Counted from the first letter of the stretch, positions 1 to 10,952 are shown. The stretch: DNA of 64,000 nucleotides from an uncultured delta proteobacterium (GCA_963822965.1 CAWGJT010000014.1:384001-448000); one strand, 5' to 3'. Notes: a model not told the origin generated them from the sequence alone. Translations and numbers: made by a program.

Positions 1-2777
1 AGGAGGTGCGCCGCTTCGGCATCACCGTCAACAAGCAGTCTCCCGACCTCACGCTGGTGGCGAACCTGCGCTCGCCCGACGGCTCCCGGGACGCGCTCTT
101 CCTCTCCAATTACGCCTACATCAACGTACTCGACGCGCTCAAGCGCGTCCCGGGCGTCGGAAGGGTCGGCATCTTCGGCGAGCGTCGCTACGCGATGCGT
201 ATCTGGCTCGATCCGGAACGCCTGGCGAAGCTCGAGCTGACGGCTTCGGACGTGATCGACGCGGTGCGCGAGCAGAACGTGCAGATCGCCGCCGGTCGGG
301 CGGGAGCGCCTCCCACGGCAGAGGGTCAGCAGCTCGACATCCCGCTTCGAACCAAGGGACGCCTCGCGAGCGTCGAGGAGTTCGAGCAGATCGTGATCCG
401 TGCGAAGCCCGGCGGATCGTTGCTGCAACTCCGGGACGTGGCGCGCGTCGAGCTCGGCGCCCAGAGCTACGACGGGTTCACCCGGCTCTCCGGCCAACCG
501 ACCGTGACCATGGGCATCTTCCAGCTGCCCGAGGCCAACGCGCTGGAGGTGGCGGCCGCTGTGAAGGCCGAGCTGACGCGCCTCTCCGAGAGCTTTCCCT
601 CGGGCGTGGAGTGGGTGATCCGGTACGACCCGACCCGCTTCGTCGCCGAGTCGATCTCCGAGGTGCTCCGCACGCTCTTCGAAGCGATGGTGCTGGTGTT
701 CCTGGTCGTCTACGTGTTCCTGCAGGACTGGCGGACGACCCTGATTCCCGCCGTCACGATCCCGGTCTCGCTCATCGGCACCTTCGCCGTGCTGAACGCC
801 ATCGGGCTCTCGATCAACACCATCACGCTGTTCGCTCTCGTGCTCGCCATCGGGCTCGTCGTGGACGACGCCATCGTGGTGGTGGAGAACGTGGCGCGCT
901 TGATCGGAGAGGGGCTTCCGCGTCGGGAGGCGGTGCGCCGCTCGATGGGCGAGGTCACCAGCGCCATCGTAGCCTCGACCCTGGTGCTCGGCGCCGTGTT
1001 CGTGCCCGTGGCGTTCCTGCCGGGGACCACGGGACTGCTGCTTCGACAGTTCGGTCTGGCCGTCACCTCGTCGGTGCTGATCTCGCTCGGCAACGCCCTC
1101 ACCCTGTCCCCCGCCCTCTGCGCCCTGGTGATGCGCGGAGAGAGCGAGCGGAAGAGCGCCTTCTTCCGGGGCTTCGACCGTTCCTTCGCGGCCGTGGTGG
1201 CCCGCTACGACCGCGGCGTGCGCGTCCTGCTGGCGCGTCGCGGTCTGGTGCTCGCGGTCTTCGGCGCGCTGGGTATCGCGACCGCGCTGCTCTTCTGGAC
1301 CGTACCGAGCGGCTTCCTGCCCGACGAGGACCAGGGCTACTTCATCACCAGCTTCCAGCTGCCCGACGGGGCGTCGTTGCAGCGGACGGACGAGGTGGCG
1401 AGCCAGGTGGAGAAGATCCTGCTCGGGACGCCTGGCATCGTGGGGACGAACCTGTTCGGTGGCTTCGACGTGCTCACCGGCACCTTTCCGCCCAACGTGG
1501 GCACGGTGTTCGTGAGCCTCGCGCCGTGGGGCGAGCGCGAGGAGAAGGGCCAGACGCTCGAATCCATCTTCGCGGCCGTGGGGCCGCAGCTCGGCTCGAT
1601 CCAGGGCGCGCGGGTCTTCGCCCTGAACCCCGCCCCCATCCGCGGTCTGTCGCGCACCGGGGGCTTCGAGTTCGAGCTCCAGGACCGGGCGGGCGGCTCC
1701 CTGGATGCGCTGGCCGAGATGGCGCAGCGCATCGTGGACCTGGGCAACGATTCGCCGGAGCTGCAGCGCCTGTTCACCAGCTTTCGGCCCGACGCGCCCC
1801 AGGTCTTCCTGGACCTGGACCGCACCAAGGCGAAGACCCTGGGCGTGCGGGTGGACGACGTCTTCGACACCCTCCAGACCTTCATGGGCGGTCTCTACGT
1901 CAACGACTTCGACCGCTTCGGCCGCCTGTTCCGGGTCTATGCCCAGGCCGAGGGCGACCTGCGCACGTCGCCCGAGGACGTGCGCCGACTCTGGGTACGC
2001 TCGCAGACCGGCGAGATGGTTCCGCTCTCCACCCTGATGTCGCTGCGGCGTGTCACCGGACCACGCGACATCCCCCACTACAACGTCTATCGCGCCGCCA
2101 AGATCCAGGGGTCGGCCGCGCCCGGCTACAGCTCGGGCGAGGCGCTCGACCGCATGGAAGAGATCGCCCGCGAGACGCTGCCGCCTACCATGTCCTTCGA
2201 ATGGACCGGCACCGCATACCAGGAACGCCAAGCCGGCAGCGAGGCCCGGATCATCCTGGCGCTGTCGCTGCTGGTGGTCTTCCTCTTCCTGGCGGCGCAG
2301 TACGAGAGCTGGAGCATGCCCCTGGCGATCATGCTCGTGGTTCCCCTGGCCTTCCTGGGGGCGCTCTCCGCGCAGGCGCTGCGGGGGCTCGCGAACGACG
2401 TGTACTGCCAGATCGGCCTGGTCACCCTGATCGGTCTCGCCAGCAAGAACTCCATCCTGATCGTCGAGTTCGCCAAGCGTCGGCGGGGCGAGGGAGCGAG
2501 CCTGGCCGACGCGGCGCGCGAGGCGGCCGAGACCCGCTTCCGGCCGGTGCTGATGACGGCCTTGTCCTTCATCCTGGGGGTGCTGCCGCTCGTGGTCGCG
2601 AGCGGGGCGGGCGCGGCGGCGCGGCGCTCGCTGGGCACCGCGGTGTTCGGCGGCATGCTGGTCGCGACGCTGCTCAGCCTGGTGCTCGTACCGGCGCTCT
2701 ACGTGGTCGTACAGGGAGGTGCGGAGTGGTTGGGAAGGCGGCTGCGAGGTGTTCGCGCCGAAGGGGGCACCGCGTGA
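1..2777 (+). CDS. RND efflux transporter permease subunit (AcrB/AcrD/AcrF, HAE1-type); 5' end lies outside the window
   Basis: Motifs AMRIWLDP, GLVVDDAIVVVENV, FLPDEDQG, GLASKNSILIVEFA and RFRPVLMT; frame is open from the window edge. Confidence 0.95.
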   Translation, partial: EVRRFGITVNKQSPDLTLVANLRSPDGSRDALFLSNYAYINVLDALKRVPGVGRVGIFGERRYAMRIWLDPERLAKLELTASDVIDAVREQNVQIAAGRAGAPPTAEGQQLDIPLRTKGRLASVEEFEQIVIRAKPGGSLLQLRDVARVELGAQSYDGFTRLSGQPTVTMGIFQLPEANALEVAAAVKAELTRLSESFPSGVEWVIRYDPTRFVAESISEVLRTLFEAMVLVFLVVYVFLQDWRTTLIPAVTIPVSLIGTFAVLNAIGLSINTITLFALVLAIGLVVDDAIVVVENVARLIGEGLPRREAVRRSMGEVTSAIVASTLVLGAVFVPVAFLPGTTGLLLRQFGLAVTSSVLISLGNALTLSPALCALVMRGESERKSAFFRGFDRSFAAVVARYDRGVRVLLARRGLVLAVFGALGIATALLFWTVPSGFLPDEDQGYFITSFQLPDGASLQRTDEVASQVEKILLGTPGIVGTNLFGGFDVLTGTFPPNVGTVFVSLAPWGEREEKGQTLESIFAAVGPQLGSIQGARVFALNPAPIRGLSRTGGFEFELQDRAGGSLDALAEMAQRIVDLGNDSPELQRLFTSFRPDAPQVFLDLDRTKAKTLGVRVDDVFDTLQTFMGGLYVNDFDRFGRLFRVYAQAEGDLRTSPEDVRRLWVRSQTGEMVPLSTLMSLRRVTGPRDIPHYNVYRAAKIQGSAAPGYSSGEALDRMEEIARETLPPTMSFEWTGTAYQERQAGSEARIILALSLLVVFLFLAAQYESWSMPLAIMLVVPLAFLGALSAQALRGLANDVYCQIGLVTLIGLASKNSILIVEFAKRRRGEGASLADAAREAAETRFRPVLMTALSFILGVLPLVVASGAGAAARRSLGTAVFGGMLVATLLSLVLVPALYVVVQGGAEWLGRRLRGVRAEGGTA

Positions 2778-3903
2778 CCCGCGTTGGACGAGCGAGCGTG
2801 GCCGCGTGGGCGTTGTCGTGCGCGGTGCTCTCGAGCGCCTGCGGGCGCGGTGAGGGGCCGGCCGAGCCCCGGCACCGGAGGTGGGGGTCGCGACCGCACG
2901 AGAGGGAACGATCCCGGACCGGCGCGAGTACGTCGGCACGGTCCGCGCCATGCGGAGCGTGGACGTGCGGGCGCGGGTACGGGGCTACCTGCTCGAGCAG
3001 AGCTACGTGGACGGGCAGCGGGTCGCCGAGGGCGACCTGCTGTTCCGGATCGACCCCAGCACCTACGAGGTGAAGCTCGCCGAGACGAAGGGAGAGCTGG
3101 CCCGGGCTCGAGCCGCCGCCGCCCAGGCCAAGGCCGACTTCGCCCGCGCGTCCGAGCTCTTCGAGGGGCGCGTCATGAGCCAGGCCGAGCTGGACGCCCG
3201 GCGCGCCGAGCGCGACGCCACCGTGGCCGAGGTGGAGAGCGCCCGAGCCGCGGTGCGGGCCGCCGAGCTCGACCTCTCCTACTGCGCGGTGCGCGCGCCG
3301 CTCTCGGGCCGGATCGGCCGTCGTCTGGTGGATCCCGGCAACCTGGTGGGCGAGTCCGGTCAGGACACGGTGCTGGCCCGCATCGTCCAGGTCCACCCGA
3401 TCCACGTGGACTTTACCGTTCCGGAGCAGGACCGGAGACAGGCGATCCACGCGGGCCCGACGGAGGGATCGAGCGAATCCGACGGCGCCGCCATCCCGGT
3501 GGCCCTCGTCCTGGGCGACGGGACGCCCTATCCGAGCACGGGCGTCGTCGACTACGTGGATCCGGTGGTCGACCCCATGCGGGGCACCGTCGCGGTGCGC
3601 GCGAAGTTCGACAATCCGGACGAGATCCTGAAGCCCGGTGAGTTCGTGCGGGTGACGGCGATCCTCCCGCCCCGAACCGGTGCCATCCTCGTGCCCGAAC
3701 GCGCGGTGCTCGACGAGCAGGGCGGAAGCTACGTGCTGGTGGTGAAGGACGACGACACGGTCGAGTCGCGCCGCGTCGCCCTCGGCGTCGCCCAGGACGG
3801 CATGCAGCAGATCGTCGACGGTCTGGCGGCCGGCGAGCGGGTGATCGCCGACGGCGTCCAGAAGGCTCGGCCCGGCCAGACGGTGTCCCCGAAGCCGCTC
3901 TGA
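2774..3903 (+). CDS. RND periplasmic adaptor (MFP) lipoprotein, split by a frameshift at ~2867-2870
   Basis: GTG overlaps the permease stop (GTGA). Signal peptide with lipobox LSSAC, then a frame change in a C-run into VDVRARVRGYL...GDLLFRIDP...VRAPLSGRIG...LKPGEFV (ORF 2881..3903). Confidence 0.9.
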
Positions 3904-4292
3904 TCTCGTTCCGGTTCCGCCCCGGGGGCGAGCCGCGACCGCCCGGCCCGGCCTGCCCGATTTCGGGCTTCCGCACGTTCGAAGTTGCCGGCGGAAGATC
4001 ACGGCTTCCTGTCCTCCTTTGCGAGCGATTCGAGCCGGATCGCCGCGCTGTTGCCGCCGGCCTGCGCGGGACCGAAGAGGCGCCGGCGGCGGCGCCTGCA
4101 CGGTGGGCACGGGTCGGAAGTCGCACCTTCGATGCGTGTGCGAGAAGGCCGCTTCGCGCGCACTCAGGTTCCCGCCCGGGCACACCGACAAAGCACCCGT
4201 GGTCGCATGATGGACGCACGTTGCCTGCTCCCGTTGTGACGACCCCCACATCCACGCTTCTGTGGTCGGCCGAACGGGATCGGTGAAGAGAA

Positions 4293-4955
4293 ATGGAAAA
4301 AGGCGGGAGCCCCCCACCCGTGAGAGATATTCGCGTCGAAACAGGTCCGTCCCACCGCGCGCCGGCAGCGCAGGCGAATCGCCTCCGCAACCGGCTGCGC
4401 CATCGTCGCGTCCTCTCGCTCCGCCGCCGCGCGGTTCCGATCGCGCTGCTCGCCCTGCTCTGCTGTGTCCCCTCGTCGGCGGGGCTCGCGGCGGGAGACG
4501 GCTCCAAGGAGCAGATGCAGAGCCTGGACGAGCAGGTCCAGGAGATCAAGTCGGACGTCCTCAGCATCGCTGCGGAGCTGACGCGTCTCGAGGAGAAGCT
4601 CCTCTACCCGTCCGACACCCAGGTTGCCGTCTTCGTCTCCCTCGCGGAAGGTGAGACCTTCCAGCTCGACTCGGTACAGATCCAGATCGACGGCGAATTC
4701 GTCGCGCGGCACATCTACAGCTTCAAGGAGCTGGAGGCGCTGCAGAAGGGGGGCGTGCAGCGGATCTATACCGGCAACATTCCCACCGGTGAACATCGGC
4801 TCGAAGTCTCCGTGGCCGGCAAGGTTCCGGGCGGTCGGGACCTCGACGGAAGCGAGACCTTCACCTTCAGCAAGGACGTCGAGCCGAAGCTCGTCGGGTT
4901 GACGCTCGCCGGGCAGGACTTTGGCGGCATCAGCATTCGGCTCGGAAGCTGGTAG
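4293..4955 (+). CDS. Exported hypothetical protein (coiled coil + beta-sandwich), first gene of the Agl/Glt-like operon; start uncertain
   Basis: Signal-like segment RRRAVPIALLALLCCVPSSAGLAA; heptad stretch SLDEQVQEIKSDVLSIAAELTRLEEKL; ends 3 nt before the next gene. Confidence 0.7.
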   Translation: MEKGGSPPPVRDIRVETGPSHRAPAAQANRLRNRLRHRRVLSLRRRAVPIALLALLCCVPSSAGLAAGDGSKEQMQSLDEQVQEIKSDVLSIAAELTRLEEKLLYPSDTQVAVFVSLAEGETFQLDSVQIQIDGEFVARHIYSFKELEALQKGGVQRIYTGNIPTGEHRLEVSVAGKVPGGRDLDGSETFTFSKDVEPKLVGLTLAGQDFGGISIRLGSW

Positions 4956-4958
4956 CTC

Positions 4959-6830
4959 ATGTGCTCGGTACGGATCGGAATCATCGCGATCGTTCTGGCG
5001 GCTCTTCTGCCGGCCGGCTCGGCCTTCGGCGGCCAGCTGAAGGACCCCTATTTCGGAGAGGCGCTCTACTACGCCTACCAGGGGGACTACTTCGGAGCGC
5101 TGGAACGCCTGGACGCCGAGATCGCCCAGCACTATGCCGTCGACGAGCCGCAGCTCGATTCGCTGCAGCTCTACATCGGTCAGGCGGAGTTCTCTGTCGG
5201 CGACTTCGAGCTTCGCTACCGGATGCACCAGCGCGCGGGGCGTGCCATCAAGGCCGTGCTCGAGGGAGACGTCGACGACGCGGTCCGAAACGACGCGGCC
5301 TTTCGGCTGGCGCGCATCCACTTCCAGAAGGACCAGCCCGAGGACGCGCTCCGCGCCCTGGACCGGATCCACGGTCGTGTCCCCGAGAAGATCCGGGACG
5401 ACGTCGAGTTCCTCCGCGCGAACGTCGACCTGGCGCTGGGCCGACCCTCCGAGGCCGTCGACGTGCTGCGGCGGCTGCAGGGCTCGGACCAGCTGAACGG
5501 CTTCGCGGCGTACAACCTCGGCATCGCGCTGCTGCAGGACGGCCGCCAGCCGGAAGCCATCGCGCAGCTGGACCGGGCGGGTCGGGTCTCCGGCAGCGAT
5601 CAGGCCACGCTCGCGATCCGAGACAAGTCGAACCTGGTCCTGGGCACGCTCTTGTTCGAATCGTCGCAGTTCGAGCCGGCCCAACGATCGTTGGACCGGG
5701 TTCGCCTGGCGGGGCCGTTCTCGAACGAGGCGTTGCTCCGCGCCGGGTGGGCGGATCTCTCCGCCGAGAAGTTCGATCGCGCGCTGGTTCCCTGGAAGAT
5801 CCTCGCGCAGCGGGACACCACCGACGCCGCCGTCCAGGAGGCCCTGCTGGCGCTGCCCTACGCGTACAGCAAGCTCGACGTCAACGGTCGCGCAGCTCTC
5901 CTCTACGGACAAGCGGTGGACACCTACGGCCGCGAGCTCGACAAGGTGGACGCCTCCATCCGGAGCATCCGGGAGGGCGAATTCCTCACGGACCTGGTCC
6001 GCGAAGAGATCCGGCACGACGAGGACTGGGTCGTTCGCCTGCGGAGCCTGCCCGACGCGCCGGAGACCTTCTACCTGATCTCCTTGATGGCGTCCCACGA
6101 CTTCCAGACGGCTCTCGAGAACTACCTGGATCTCGAGGACCTGCGGAAGAGACTCGTCTCGTGGGAGACCAGCTTCGACGCCTTCGAAGACATCATCCGC
6201 CTTCGCCGAGAGTACTACGAGCCCCTGTTGCCCGCGATCGACCGGCAGTTCAGGAAGCTCGACGCGCAGGTCCGGTTGCGCCTCGAGCAGCGCGAGCACC
6301 TGGACCAGCGGCTCCAGCACATGCTGATCGCTCCCCGGCCCGAGTACCTGGCGACCGGGGAGGAGCGGTTCCTGCGTTCACGGATCGACCGGCTGCGCGC
6401 CGCACTCCCGGCCGAAGACGACCCCGCGCGCGAGGACCTCCGGCGCCGCATCGATCGACTCGAGGGCGTGCTGACCTGGAACCTGGAGACCGAGTACCAC
6501 CGGCGCCTCACGGATGCCCACGAGCATCTCCGCGAGCTGAACGAAGACGTCGACACGCTGACCGCGCGCTACGAAGCCTTCGTACGAGCGCGGCAAGCGG
6601 CCACGCACAGCTACGTCGGCTACGAGACGTCGATCGTCGGGCTCCGCGCGCGCGTTCACGATGCACTGGAGCGCCTGAACGTCCTCATGGCCCGACAGGG
6701 TCACATGCTGGAGACCGTCGCCATCGCGGAGCTCACGTCGCGCCGCGAACGGCTCGAGGCCTACCAGAGCCAGGCCCGCTTTGCATTCGCAGACAGCTAT
6801 GACCGCGCCGCCAAGGCGCAGGCGCAGTGA
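4959..6830 (+). CDS. Periplasmic TPR / coiled-coil protein (GltC-like by position and architecture)
   Basis: Sec signal peptide, TPR-like helices (AYNLGIALLQDGRQPEAIAQL; ALLRAGWA), long C-terminal coiled coil. Confidence 0.75.
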   Translation: MCSVRIGIIAIVLAALLPAGSAFGGQLKDPYFGEALYYAYQGDYFGALERLDAEIAQHYAVDEPQLDSLQLYIGQAEFSVGDFELRYRMHQRAGRAIKAVLEGDVDDAVRNDAAFRLARIHFQKDQPEDALRALDRIHGRVPEKIRDDVEFLRANVDLALGRPSEAVDVLRRLQGSDQLNGFAAYNLGIALLQDGRQPEAIAQLDRAGRVSGSDQATLAIRDKSNLVLGTLLFESSQFEPAQRSLDRVRLAGPFSNEALLRAGWADLSAEKFDRALVPWKILAQRDTTDAAVQEALLALPYAYSKLDVNGRAALLYGQAVDTYGRELDKVDASIRSIREGEFLTDLVREEIRHDEDWVVRLRSLPDAPETFYLISLMASHDFQTALENYLDLEDLRKRLVSWETSFDAFEDIIRLRREYYEPLLPAIDRQFRKLDAQVRLRLEQREHLDQRLQHMLIAPRPEYLATGEERFLRSRIDRLRAALPAEDDPAREDLRRRIDRLEGVLTWNLETEYHRRLTDAHEHLRELNEDVDTLTARYEAFVRARQAATHSYVGYETSIVGLRARVHDALERLNVLMARQGHMLETVAIAELTSRRERLEAYQSQARFAFADSYDRAAKAQAQ

Positions 6831-6843
6831 GGGCAGGGACCCG

Positions 6844-9800
6844 ATGCGTCGCTTCCGCACAGCCTGGATCCTCGCACCGGCGCTTCTCGTCGCCTGCGCC
6901 GGGAACCCCGACAGGCACACCCTCGCCGAGCTTCGCGATGCGGAGCCGGACATGAGGGAGGTTCAGGTCGAAGACGGTCTCGATCAGGCCATGATCGCCT
7001 ACCGGAAGTTCCTGGAAGAGGCGCCGAAGTCCGCGTTGACTCCGGAAGCCATGCGTCGCCTTGCGGACCTCAAGCTGGAGAAGGACTTCGGCATCCTCGG
7101 AGACAGCGGTCCCGCGGCGCTCCCGGCGCCCCAGGCGACCGCTCGGGTGACGGATTCGACGGCCGGATCCGCGAGCCCTCCCGTTCCCGCGAGCATCTCC
7201 GACGTGGAGTCCGAGCACGACTTCGAACGGCGCGTGGCGCGGGAAGACGCGATCCGACCTTCGTCGGAGCCCGACTCCGATCTCGAGCTTCCCGGCGGCG
7301 ACAAGGTGGAGTGGTCGGGCCCGCTCGAGGCCATCGAGCTCTACGACCAGATCCTCGCCAGCTATCCGAACTACGAGCACAACGACCGGGTCCTCTACCA
7401 GAAGGCCCGCGCCTATGACGAGCTGGGACGGAGCGACGAGGCGATCGCGGTGATCGACCGCTTGGTCGCGGAGTATCCGTACTCCCGGTACATCGACGAG
7501 GTGCAGTTCCGGCGGGCGGAGTACTTCTTCACGAGACGGAAGTACATCGACGCCGAGGAGTCCTACGCGGCCGTGACCGCCATGGGCGTCGGCTCGCAGT
7601 ACTACGAGCTCGCTCTCTACAAGCTGGGCTGGACCCTCTACAAGCAGGAGCTGCACGAGGAAGCCCTGCAGCAGTACATGGCGTTGCTCGACTACAAGGT
7701 GTCCATCGGATACGACTTCGACCAGTCGCAGGACGAGGCCGACGAGCGCCGGATCGCCGACACCTATCGGGTGATCAGTCTCAGCTTCTCCAACCTCGGC
7801 GGTCCCGAGGCCGTGGAGGAGTACTTCGCCCGGGACGGGCACCGAACCTACGAAGACCGCATCTACAGCCATCTGGGCGAGTTCTACCTCGAGAAGCTCC
7901 GCTACAACGACGCGGCCGCCGTCTACAAGACCTTCGTCGGCCTCTACCCCCTGCATCGGTCCTCGCCGAAGTTCAGCATGCGGGTCGTCGAGATCTACGA
8001 GGCCGGCGGGTTTCCGAAGCTCGTGCTGGAGACGAAGAAGGAGTTCGCGGCCAGCTACGGGCTGCAGTCCGAGTACTGGCGCCACTTCGACGTCGACGAG
8101 TTCCCGGAGGTGCTCAGCTATCTCAAGAGCAACCTGAAGGATCTGGCGAACCACTACCACGCCCTCTACCAGAACGAGGAGCTCGCGGACGACAAGCCCG
8201 CGAACTTCCAAGAGGCCCTGCACTGGTACCGCGCCTATCTCAGCTCCTTCCCCGAGGACGTCACGGCGCCGGGCATCAACCACCAGCTCGCCGACCTGCT
8301 CCTCGAGCACGAGGACTTCGGCGCTTCGGCTCGCGAGTACGAGCGAACCGCCTACGAGTATCCCGCGTACGAGAAGGCCGCCGCCGCCGGGTATGCGGCG
8401 ATCTACGCGCATCGAGAGCAGGAGAAGGTCGCCACCGGAGAAGAGCAGTCGACCGTGAAGCGCGAGGCCGTGGCCAGCACCCTCCGCTTCGTCGACACCT
8501 TTCCGCAGCACGAACACGCCGCCGCGGTGCTGGGAGCCGCCGTCGACGACCTCTACGTCATGAAGGAGTTCGACCGTGCGATCGCCACGGGCCGAAGGCT
8601 GATCGCCGACTATCCCGAGGCGGATCTGCCCATCCGGCGTTCCGCCTGGACCGTCATCGCCCATTCCTCCTTCGACACCGCCAACTACGAGCAGGCCGAG
8701 CCCGCCTACCAGCGCGTCCTCGAGCTGACGCCTGCGGAAGACGACTCGTACCAGGGCGTCGTGGACAACCTGGCCGCCTCGATCTACAAGCAGGGCGAGC
8801 AGGCCAACCTCGCCGGGGACTACCGGGCCGCGGCGGACCACTTCCTGCGGATCGCCCAGGCGGCGCCCACCTCCGCCATCCGGCCCGCCGCCGAGTACGA
8901 CGCCGGCGCCGCCCTCATCCGCCTGGAGGACTGGACTGCCGCCGCGGCGGTGCTGGAGTCCTTCCGGAACGCGTACCCGGACCACGAGCTCCACCGCGAA
9001 GCCACGAAGCAGATGGCCTTCGTCTATCGGCAGGAGGGCAACCAGAGCCGCGCTGCCGAGGAGTACGAGCGCGTCTCCGCCGAAGCGGACGAGCCCGAGG
9101 CGCGGCGCGAGGCCCTGCTCCTGGCCGGAGAGCTCTACGAAGAGGCCAAGGCTCCGGATCGCGCGTTGGCCGTGTACCTCCGGTACGTCGGCCAGTTCGC
9201 GAAGCCCCTCGAGACGGCCGTGGAGACGCGCTTCAAGGTTGCGCACCTCTACGAGGCCGCGGGGGACGCCGAGCACTACCACGAGCAGCTGCGGAAGATC
9301 GTGAAGATCGACGAATCCGCGGGCGGCGAACGCACGGAACGCATCCGGTACCTGGCAGCGAAGTCGGCCCTGGTCCTTTCGGAGCGCCTCTACCAGGACT
9401 TCCACGACGTCGCGCTGGTCCAGCCGTTCGACAAGAACCTGCTGAAGAAGCAGCGGCGCATGGACGCCGCACTCAAGGCCTTCGGGAACCTGCTGGACTA
9501 CGAGGTGGGCGAGGTGACCGCCGCGTCCACCTTCTACATGGCGGAGGTCTACTTCGACTTCTCCAAGGCCCTGCTCGAGTCCGAGCGGCCGGCCGACCTG
9601 GACAAGGGCGAGATGCAGGACTACGAGCTGGCCCTCGAGGAGGAGGCGTTCCCCTTCGAGGAGCGGGCGATCAAGGTGCACGAGAAGAACCTGGAGCTGA
9701 TGTCAGCGGGGGTCTACAACGCGTGGATCGAGAAGAGCCTCGCCAAGCTCGCCGTCCTGATGCCCGGGCGCTACGCGAAGTTCGAAGAGAGCAGCGGCCT

Positions 9801-10032
9801 GATCGCCTCGGTCGACACCTATGCATACCGGGCACCGAATGCCCACGAAGCCCACGCGGGCGAGGCCGTGCCGGGCGAGGCCGCACCGGACGAGGCCGCA
9901 CCGGACGAGGCCGCACCGGACGAGGCGACCGGATCCGAGGAGCCGGCGGCCCCGTCCGAGCCGGCCGCCGATCCCGGAGCCGAGCCGACGCAGGACGACG
10001 ATGCCGCGGAAGCGGCCGTGGCGGCGGGGTGA
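6844..10032 (+). CDS. Large TPR lipoprotein (GltD/AgmU-like)
   Basis: ATG at 6844 with lipobox LVAC; many TPRs (VLYQKARAYDELG, VQFRRAEYFF, ALYKLGWTLY); C-terminal LEEEAFPFEERAIKVHEKN...WIEKS...L...PGRY; acidic tail. Confidence 0.8.
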   Translation: MRRFRTAWILAPALLVACAGNPDRHTLAELRDAEPDMREVQVEDGLDQAMIAYRKFLEEAPKSALTPEAMRRLADLKLEKDFGILGDSGPAALPAPQATARVTDSTAGSASPPVPASISDVESEHDFERRVAREDAIRPSSEPDSDLELPGGDKVEWSGPLEAIELYDQILASYPNYEHNDRVLYQKARAYDELGRSDEAIAVIDRLVAEYPYSRYIDEVQFRRAEYFFTRRKYIDAEESYAAVTAMGVGSQYYELALYKLGWTLYKQELHEEALQQYMALLDYKVSIGYDFDQSQDEADERRIADTYRVISLSFSNLGGPEAVEEYFARDGHRTYEDRIYSHLGEFYLEKLRYNDAAAVYKTFVGLYPLHRSSPKFSMRVVEIYEAGGFPKLVLETKKEFAASYGLQSEYWRHFDVDEFPEVLSYLKSNLKDLANHYHALYQNEELADDKPANFQEALHWYRAYLSSFPEDVTAPGINHQLADLLLEHEDFGASAREYERTAYEYPAYEKAAAAGYAAIYAHREQEKVATGEEQSTVKREAVASTLRFVDTFPQHEHAAAVLGAAVDDLYVMKEFDRAIATGRRLIADYPEADLPIRRSAWTVIAHSSFDTANYEQAEPAYQRVLELTPAEDDSYQGVVDNLAASIYKQGEQANLAGDYRAAADHFLRIAQAAPTSAIRPAAEYDAGAALIRLEDWTAAAAVLESFRNAYPDHELHREATKQMAFVYRQEGNQSRAAEEYERVSAEADEPEARREALLLAGELYEEAKAPDRALAVYLRYVGQFAKPLETAVETRFKVAHLYEAAGDAEHYHEQLRKIVKIDESAGGERTERIRYLAAKSALVLSERLYQDFHDVALVQPFDKNLLKKQRRMDAALKAFGNLLDYEVGEVTAASTFYMAEVYFDFSKALLESERPADLDKGEMQDYELALEEEAFPFEERAIKVHEKNLELMSAGVYNAWIEKSLAKLAVLMPGRYAKFEESSGLIASVDTYAYRAPNAHEAHAGEAVPGEAAPDEAAPDEAAPDEATGSEEPAAPSEPAADPGAEPTQDDDAAEAAVAAG
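9861..9926 (+). repeat. In-frame 15-bp tandem repeat encoding EAAPD/EAVPG units
   Basis: cgaggccgcaccgga x3 plus degenerate flanking copies. Confidence 0.85.
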
Positions 10033-10035
10033 GCG

Positions 10036-10674
10036 ATGCGACGATTCGATGAAGCCACGACGATGCGCCGAGCGAGGCGGAGCCTTCCGTTCCTGGCGGC
10101 CGCACTCCTGGCCTCCGCGTGCGCGACCGGGACGCGGCACGCCCCCGTGGAGGTGCGCGACGAGAGCGGCTTCTCGATCACCGAAGACGTGAACGTCGGC
10201 TTCGGGGTGCGAGACGACTTCCAGAGCGCCGTACAGCTGCTCGAGCAGAACGAGTACGAGCGTGGCATCGCCCTGCTCCTCGAGGTGACGGAGGCGGCGC
10301 CGGATCTGACCGCGGCCCACATCGATCTGGGAATGGCCTATGCGCGAACCGACGACCTCGTACACGCGGAAGCCAGCCTGCAGCGGGCCCTCGAGCTGAA
10401 TCCGCGTCACCCCGTGGCGCTGAACGAGCTGGGCATCGTCTACCGCCGAAGCGGGCGCTTCGCGGAAGCTCGCGCGACATACGAAAAGGTGCTCTCGCTG
10501 TACCCGGACTTCCACTTCGCGCGTCGCAACCTCGCGATCCTCTGCGACGTGTACCTCGGGGACATTCCCTGCGCGGTCGAGCAGTACGAGATCTACACCC
10601 GGGAAATGCCCGACGACGAGCAGGCCGCCATGTGGATCGCCGACCTGCGCAACCGCGCTGGGAGCACGCAATGA
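10036..10674 (+). CDS. TPR lipoprotein (GltE/AglT-like); alternative start at 10063
   Basis: Lipobox LASAC; TPRs AHIDLGMAY, ALNELGIVYRRSGRFAEA, ARRNLAILCDVYL. Confidence 0.8.
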   Translation: MRRFDEATTMRRARRSLPFLAAALLASACATGTRHAPVEVRDESGFSITEDVNVGFGVRDDFQSAVQLLEQNEYERGIALLLEVTEAAPDLTAAHIDLGMAYARTDDLVHAEASLQRALELNPRHPVALNELGIVYRRSGRFAEARATYEKVLSLYPDFHFARRNLAILCDVYLGDIPCAVEQYEIYTREMPDDEQAAMWIADLRNRAGSTQ

Positions 10675-10952
10675 CCATTCGAACCATCGTCCTGTGTGTG
10701 CCGCTCCTCCTCATGGCCGCTTCGGTCGCCGCCGACGAGCCTGCGGAGAAGGGCGCCAAGCTGATCTCCGGTATGTCGATCGTGGGCAACGACGAGGCTC
10801 CCAAGTCGCTCGTCATCGTTCCGTGGAAGAGCTCGGAGCTCGGCCAGACGCTCGACTTCTCGAAGAGTCTCGACGCGGGACGTCAGCCCGTAGACAAGGA
10901 CGTATTCATGAGAGAGCTGCTCTACTACCAGATTCGGGCGGCGTCACAGTGA
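10671..10952 (+). CDS. Small exported protein (GltF-like)
   Basis: ATGA overlap with the upstream stop; signal peptide MTIRTIVLCVPLLLMAASVAA; core GMSIVGNDEAPKSLVIVPWK. Confidence 0.7.
   Translation: MTIRTIVLCVPLLLMAASVAADEPAEKGAKLISGMSIVGNDEAPKSLVIVPWKSSELGQTLDFSKSLDAGRQPVDKDVFMRELLYYQIRAASQ

Noticed and set aside
2860..2885. Programmed ribosomal frameshifts in the MFP and other split genes
   Set aside because: No slippery heptamers are seen; breaks fall in short homopolymers or at random positions, as expected for sequencing indels.
4211..4224. Sigma54 promoter upstream of the motor operon (tggacgcacgttgc)
   Set aside because: GG-to-GC spacing is 9 nt rather than the required 10.
4293..4955. 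Transcriptional regulator heading the operon
   Set aside because: No helix-turn-helix motif is visible, and it has a signal-peptide-like segment.
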